This document shows, piece after piece, positions 62,601 through 64,000 of a DNA stretch of 64,000 nucleotides (position 1 is the stretch's first letter; every line of letters begins with the position of its first letter). Origin of the DNA: a virus; the IMG/VR virus record IMGVR_UViG_3300046535_002009, positions 46,061 to 110,060 of that record. One strand, 5' to 3'. The notes under the pieces were generated by a model. That model worked only from the letters and a program-made list of their open reading frames with translations, was not told the DNA's origin and searched no databases. Made by a program: the position numbers and the translations under genes.

Positions 62601-63216
62601 GGATGTCGATGGTCTGGTCGCGGGTCAGGCGTTCCAGCTGCCGGAGGTAGGTGGCTTCCTGGATGCGGGGATTGACGGTGACGAACTGGTCGCGGGTGAG
62701 CCGGTCGAGCTGCCGCAGGAACAGGTCGATGTTCCCCATCACCGGGGTGATGGTGATCTTCTGGTCGCGGGTCAGCCGGTCGAGCTGCCGGAGGTAGATG
62801 TCGGTCTGGATCTCCGGGGTGACCTTGACCTTCAGCTTGTTGCCGAGCGCGCTGATCTGGGCCCGGGCCGAGGAGTCGTCGACCTCGGCCTTGAGCTTGA
62901 TCGTGCGCGGCTTGGTGAGGTTCTCCAGGCGCTGGCGGGCGGCGGCGTCGTCGTCGAGGGTGACCTTCAGCCCGACCGTGGCGGCCCGGCCCAGGTCCCG
63001 CAGCCGCTGTTTGGCGACGGTGTCGTCGAGGGCGGCGTTCAGGGTGACGGATTGCGTGCGTACGAGCGCCCGCAGCTGGGTGCGGGCCGCGGCGTCGTCG
63101 AGCTTGACCAGGGCGGAGATGTCGAGCTTCTCGCCCTTCAGCTTGGCGAGGGACGCGTCGTACTTCGCCCGGTCCATGGAGACCTCGACGAAGCCCTCGG
63201 CCACACGGAACGACAT
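59626..63216 (-). CDS. Tape measure protein
   Basis: 1196 aa, Ala/Gly/Leu helical repeats, KGP..D..L..AG..I..GL C-terminal motif. Confidence 0.93.
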   Translation of the reverse strand: MSFRVAEGFVEVSMDRAKYDASLAKLKGEKLDISALVKLDDAAARTQLRALVRTQSVTLNAALDDTVAKQRLRDLGRAATVGLKVTLDDDAAARQRLENLTKPRTIKLKAEVDDSSARAQISALGNKLKVKVTPEIQTDIYLRQLDRLTRDQKITITPVMGNIDLFLRQLDRLTRDQFVTVNPRIQEATYLRQLERLTRDQTIDIRTNLVDGGTRARLDALARNRRVRIDVDAPGLGGVAGSIGRVGSSASSASGGISLLGGRMTALVSAGLSAVPTLVSLGQAIIAMAPAAAIAAPALGSLVAVFGALKLGLGGIGGAFKQAFAPATGGASAAGAATHALADAQTALKIAIRDTADSNRHAVQAVAAAERDLTDAQRTEKQAQLDLIKARKEAQQQLEDYQQQLVDGELDHRQAILDVDQAKADLDKTLADPTATDLQKQQAQLAYDQAVQHLKEQEIAQQRLKDEADAAAKAGVDGNEKVQQAVQGVADAQQGVLDKEQALSEARISQAEAAEDGAIRVAQAQQAVADAMKSTGGAAGGAASAIAKLAPAAREFVNAVIALKPAWDALKLDVQQTLFKGLGDRLTGVAHQVLPDLRTGLVGTAEVLNRVAVNALDAIGNLSKTGTLRQAFSGITAGLAPLEKVPSQIITMFGQLTAAAGPAFGRVTQLIADVVGSFGKKLGDSFASGGLTNTINAALNVVGQFGKLLGDILGTVGNVLKAAGAAGGDALGMLGSVFAELRKVTASPEVQGALTALFATFQKLATTVAPLVGMALKELGPVISALAPPVQMLISNLGAALQPIIAALGPVLLAAAKAVGSLLNAVSPLLPVVGTLIAQLGPAISPIFQALAGAFQAAAPVVAQLGQVIASVLSPILAQLPVIMQPLMDLWLTWNTALLPVLSQLLAALQPALQQLSGAFMQIMVALAPVIVQLGNLLAQVLPPLLSILTPVIKLVGQLASIFAGELAKTVEQIVVPALRMVTQLLHGDFSGAFDSAKQVVKGMINLLIDQFVTLPAKIVGALGDLGRTLWNAGSRLISGLIDGIWSKLSDLRRALSNITNMLPDWKGPAEKDAVILGPAGQLLIEGLMGGIASRVPDLRAQLQGITGEIGTTPIGFGTPSLTAPGAVVGAPTTGGAQALGPAPTPVAAGSTVTIQNLTISGTWDLSSAADRTAAANAMVGEIKEALRAYDRGRAR

Positions 63217-63229
63217 CTGTCCTCACCTC

Positions 63230-63583
63230 CTACTCGGTTGCGCGGGTCATGCTCACGACGCCCGGGAACGACAGCCGCAGCTGCGCGAGTTCGACGTGCT
63301 CGGTGTCCGCCGGGCCCGCGGGCGCCTGGCCGGGCCGGGCGGCGGCCGCCGGCCGTTCCTCGGCCTCGGTCTGGGCGATGCGGGCGGCGATGACCCCGTC
63401 GAACGCCGCGAGCCGCTGGGCGAACTGGACGTACCGACGCCCGTCGATCTCCCGCTCCTCCAGGTCGATCCCGTAGATCGCGAGGAAATCTGCATCGAGG
63501 TCGTCGCGGTGGTCGAGGATCCAGCCGACCTGGGCGCACCGCTCCCGCACCGGCGCGGTCCAGCTCAGCTCCGGTCTTTTCCC
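63230..63583 (-). CDS. Tail assembly chaperone frameshift extension (GT-like)
   Basis: -1 frame open from the slippery site; WILDHRDDLDADFL.IYGID. Confidence 0.8.
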   Translation of the reverse strand, partial: GKRPELSWTAPVRERCAQVGWILDHRDDLDADFLAIYGIDLEEREIDGRRYVQFAQRLAAFDGVIAARIAQTEAEERPAAAARPGQAPAGPADTEHVELAQLRLSFPGVVSMTRATE

Positions 63584-63933
63584 TGTTCGGCCGGACCGGC
63601 GACGTGCGCGACCGCCGCACGCATCACCTGCTCGAACTGCTCGTCATCGATGTCGCCGCTCTGCTCCAGCGCTTCGTAGGCCTCCGGGCCGAGGAGCCGC
63701 TCCAGCAGGCGCTGCGCCGCGAAGTCGTCGCCCTGGGTGCGCTGGAGGCGCAGGAACTCCAGGACGACGGTCTGCGGGACCTTGGCGGGCACGCGGTACT
63801 CGGTGTCGTCGATGTAGAACAGCGGCACGGTGTCCGCGGATCGGCTGGTCGTGATCCGGACCGGTTCGAACGACAGGTCGGTGTCGACGGGCCGGGGCCG
63901 GGTGGCGGTGCTGGTGCGCTTGCGCGGGGGCAT
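63565..63933 (-). CDS. Tail assembly chaperone (G-like)
   Basis: AGGAG RBS; LF.IDD.EY.VP; ends in G GGA AAA slippery site. Confidence 0.85.
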   Translation of the reverse strand: MPPRKRTSTATRPRPVDTDLSFEPVRITTSRSADTVPLFYIDDTEYRVPAKVPQTVVLEFLRLQRTQGDDFAAQRLLERLLGPEAYEALEQSGDIDDEQFEQVMRAAVAHVAGPAEQGKDRS

Positions 63934-64000
63934 GGCGGTCTCCTGGTGCGGGGTGGAGGGTCGGGGAGGGGCCCCGCGCCCGCGCGGCCGGGCCCCGGGG

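Larger units (their letters stand above)
11441..64000. mobile_element. Temperate siphophage genome segment (tail, lysis, integration/immunity, early/replication modules); probably extends left to ~3254 or beyond
   Basis: Tape measure, frameshifted tail chaperones, endolysin/holin, serine integrase, repressor/Cro, RuvC and replication initiator in canonical order. Confidence 0.95.

Noticed and set aside
1-64000. tRNA, rRNA or IS elements
   Set aside because: No cloverleaf, rRNA-like segment or transposase recognised by eye; tRNAscan-SE and ISEScan would be needed to exclude them formally.

Overview
High-GC actinobacterial (Streptomyces/Kitasatospora-like) temperate siphophage DNA, read mostly on the minus strand. 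From right to left it holds tail assembly chaperones with a -1 frameshift, tape measure and minor tail proteins, and an oppositely oriented glycosylation cassette (3 glycosyltransferases, methyltransferase, NDP-sugar epimerase). Next come a lysis module (papain-like protease, amidase endolysin, holin, membrane and collagen-like proteins), a regulatory island, an apparently intact attP with a large serine integrase, and a repressor/Cro switch. A long early operon follows (exonucleases, Gp3-like RDF, RuvC, four tandem paralogous HTH proteins, vWA-TerF, replication initiator with internal iterons, SLOG, PP2C). The left end is an accessory island (Schlafen/AlbA_2, DUF2079, SOS-box-preceded orphan imuA', HNH-SF2 helicase operon) that meets a converging plus-strand phage-like operon. 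The most notable candidate novelty is a 59-aa secreted peptide gene (39910-40089, too short for the ORF track, C-terminus MDTNWGG). It is divergent from a TrmB/PLD-like/LuxR regulator and upstream of a hairpin, a small gene and attP-int, an arrangement that suggests an arbitrium-like, non-RRNPP peptide communication system. All family calls come from motif recognition by eye, not from database searches.
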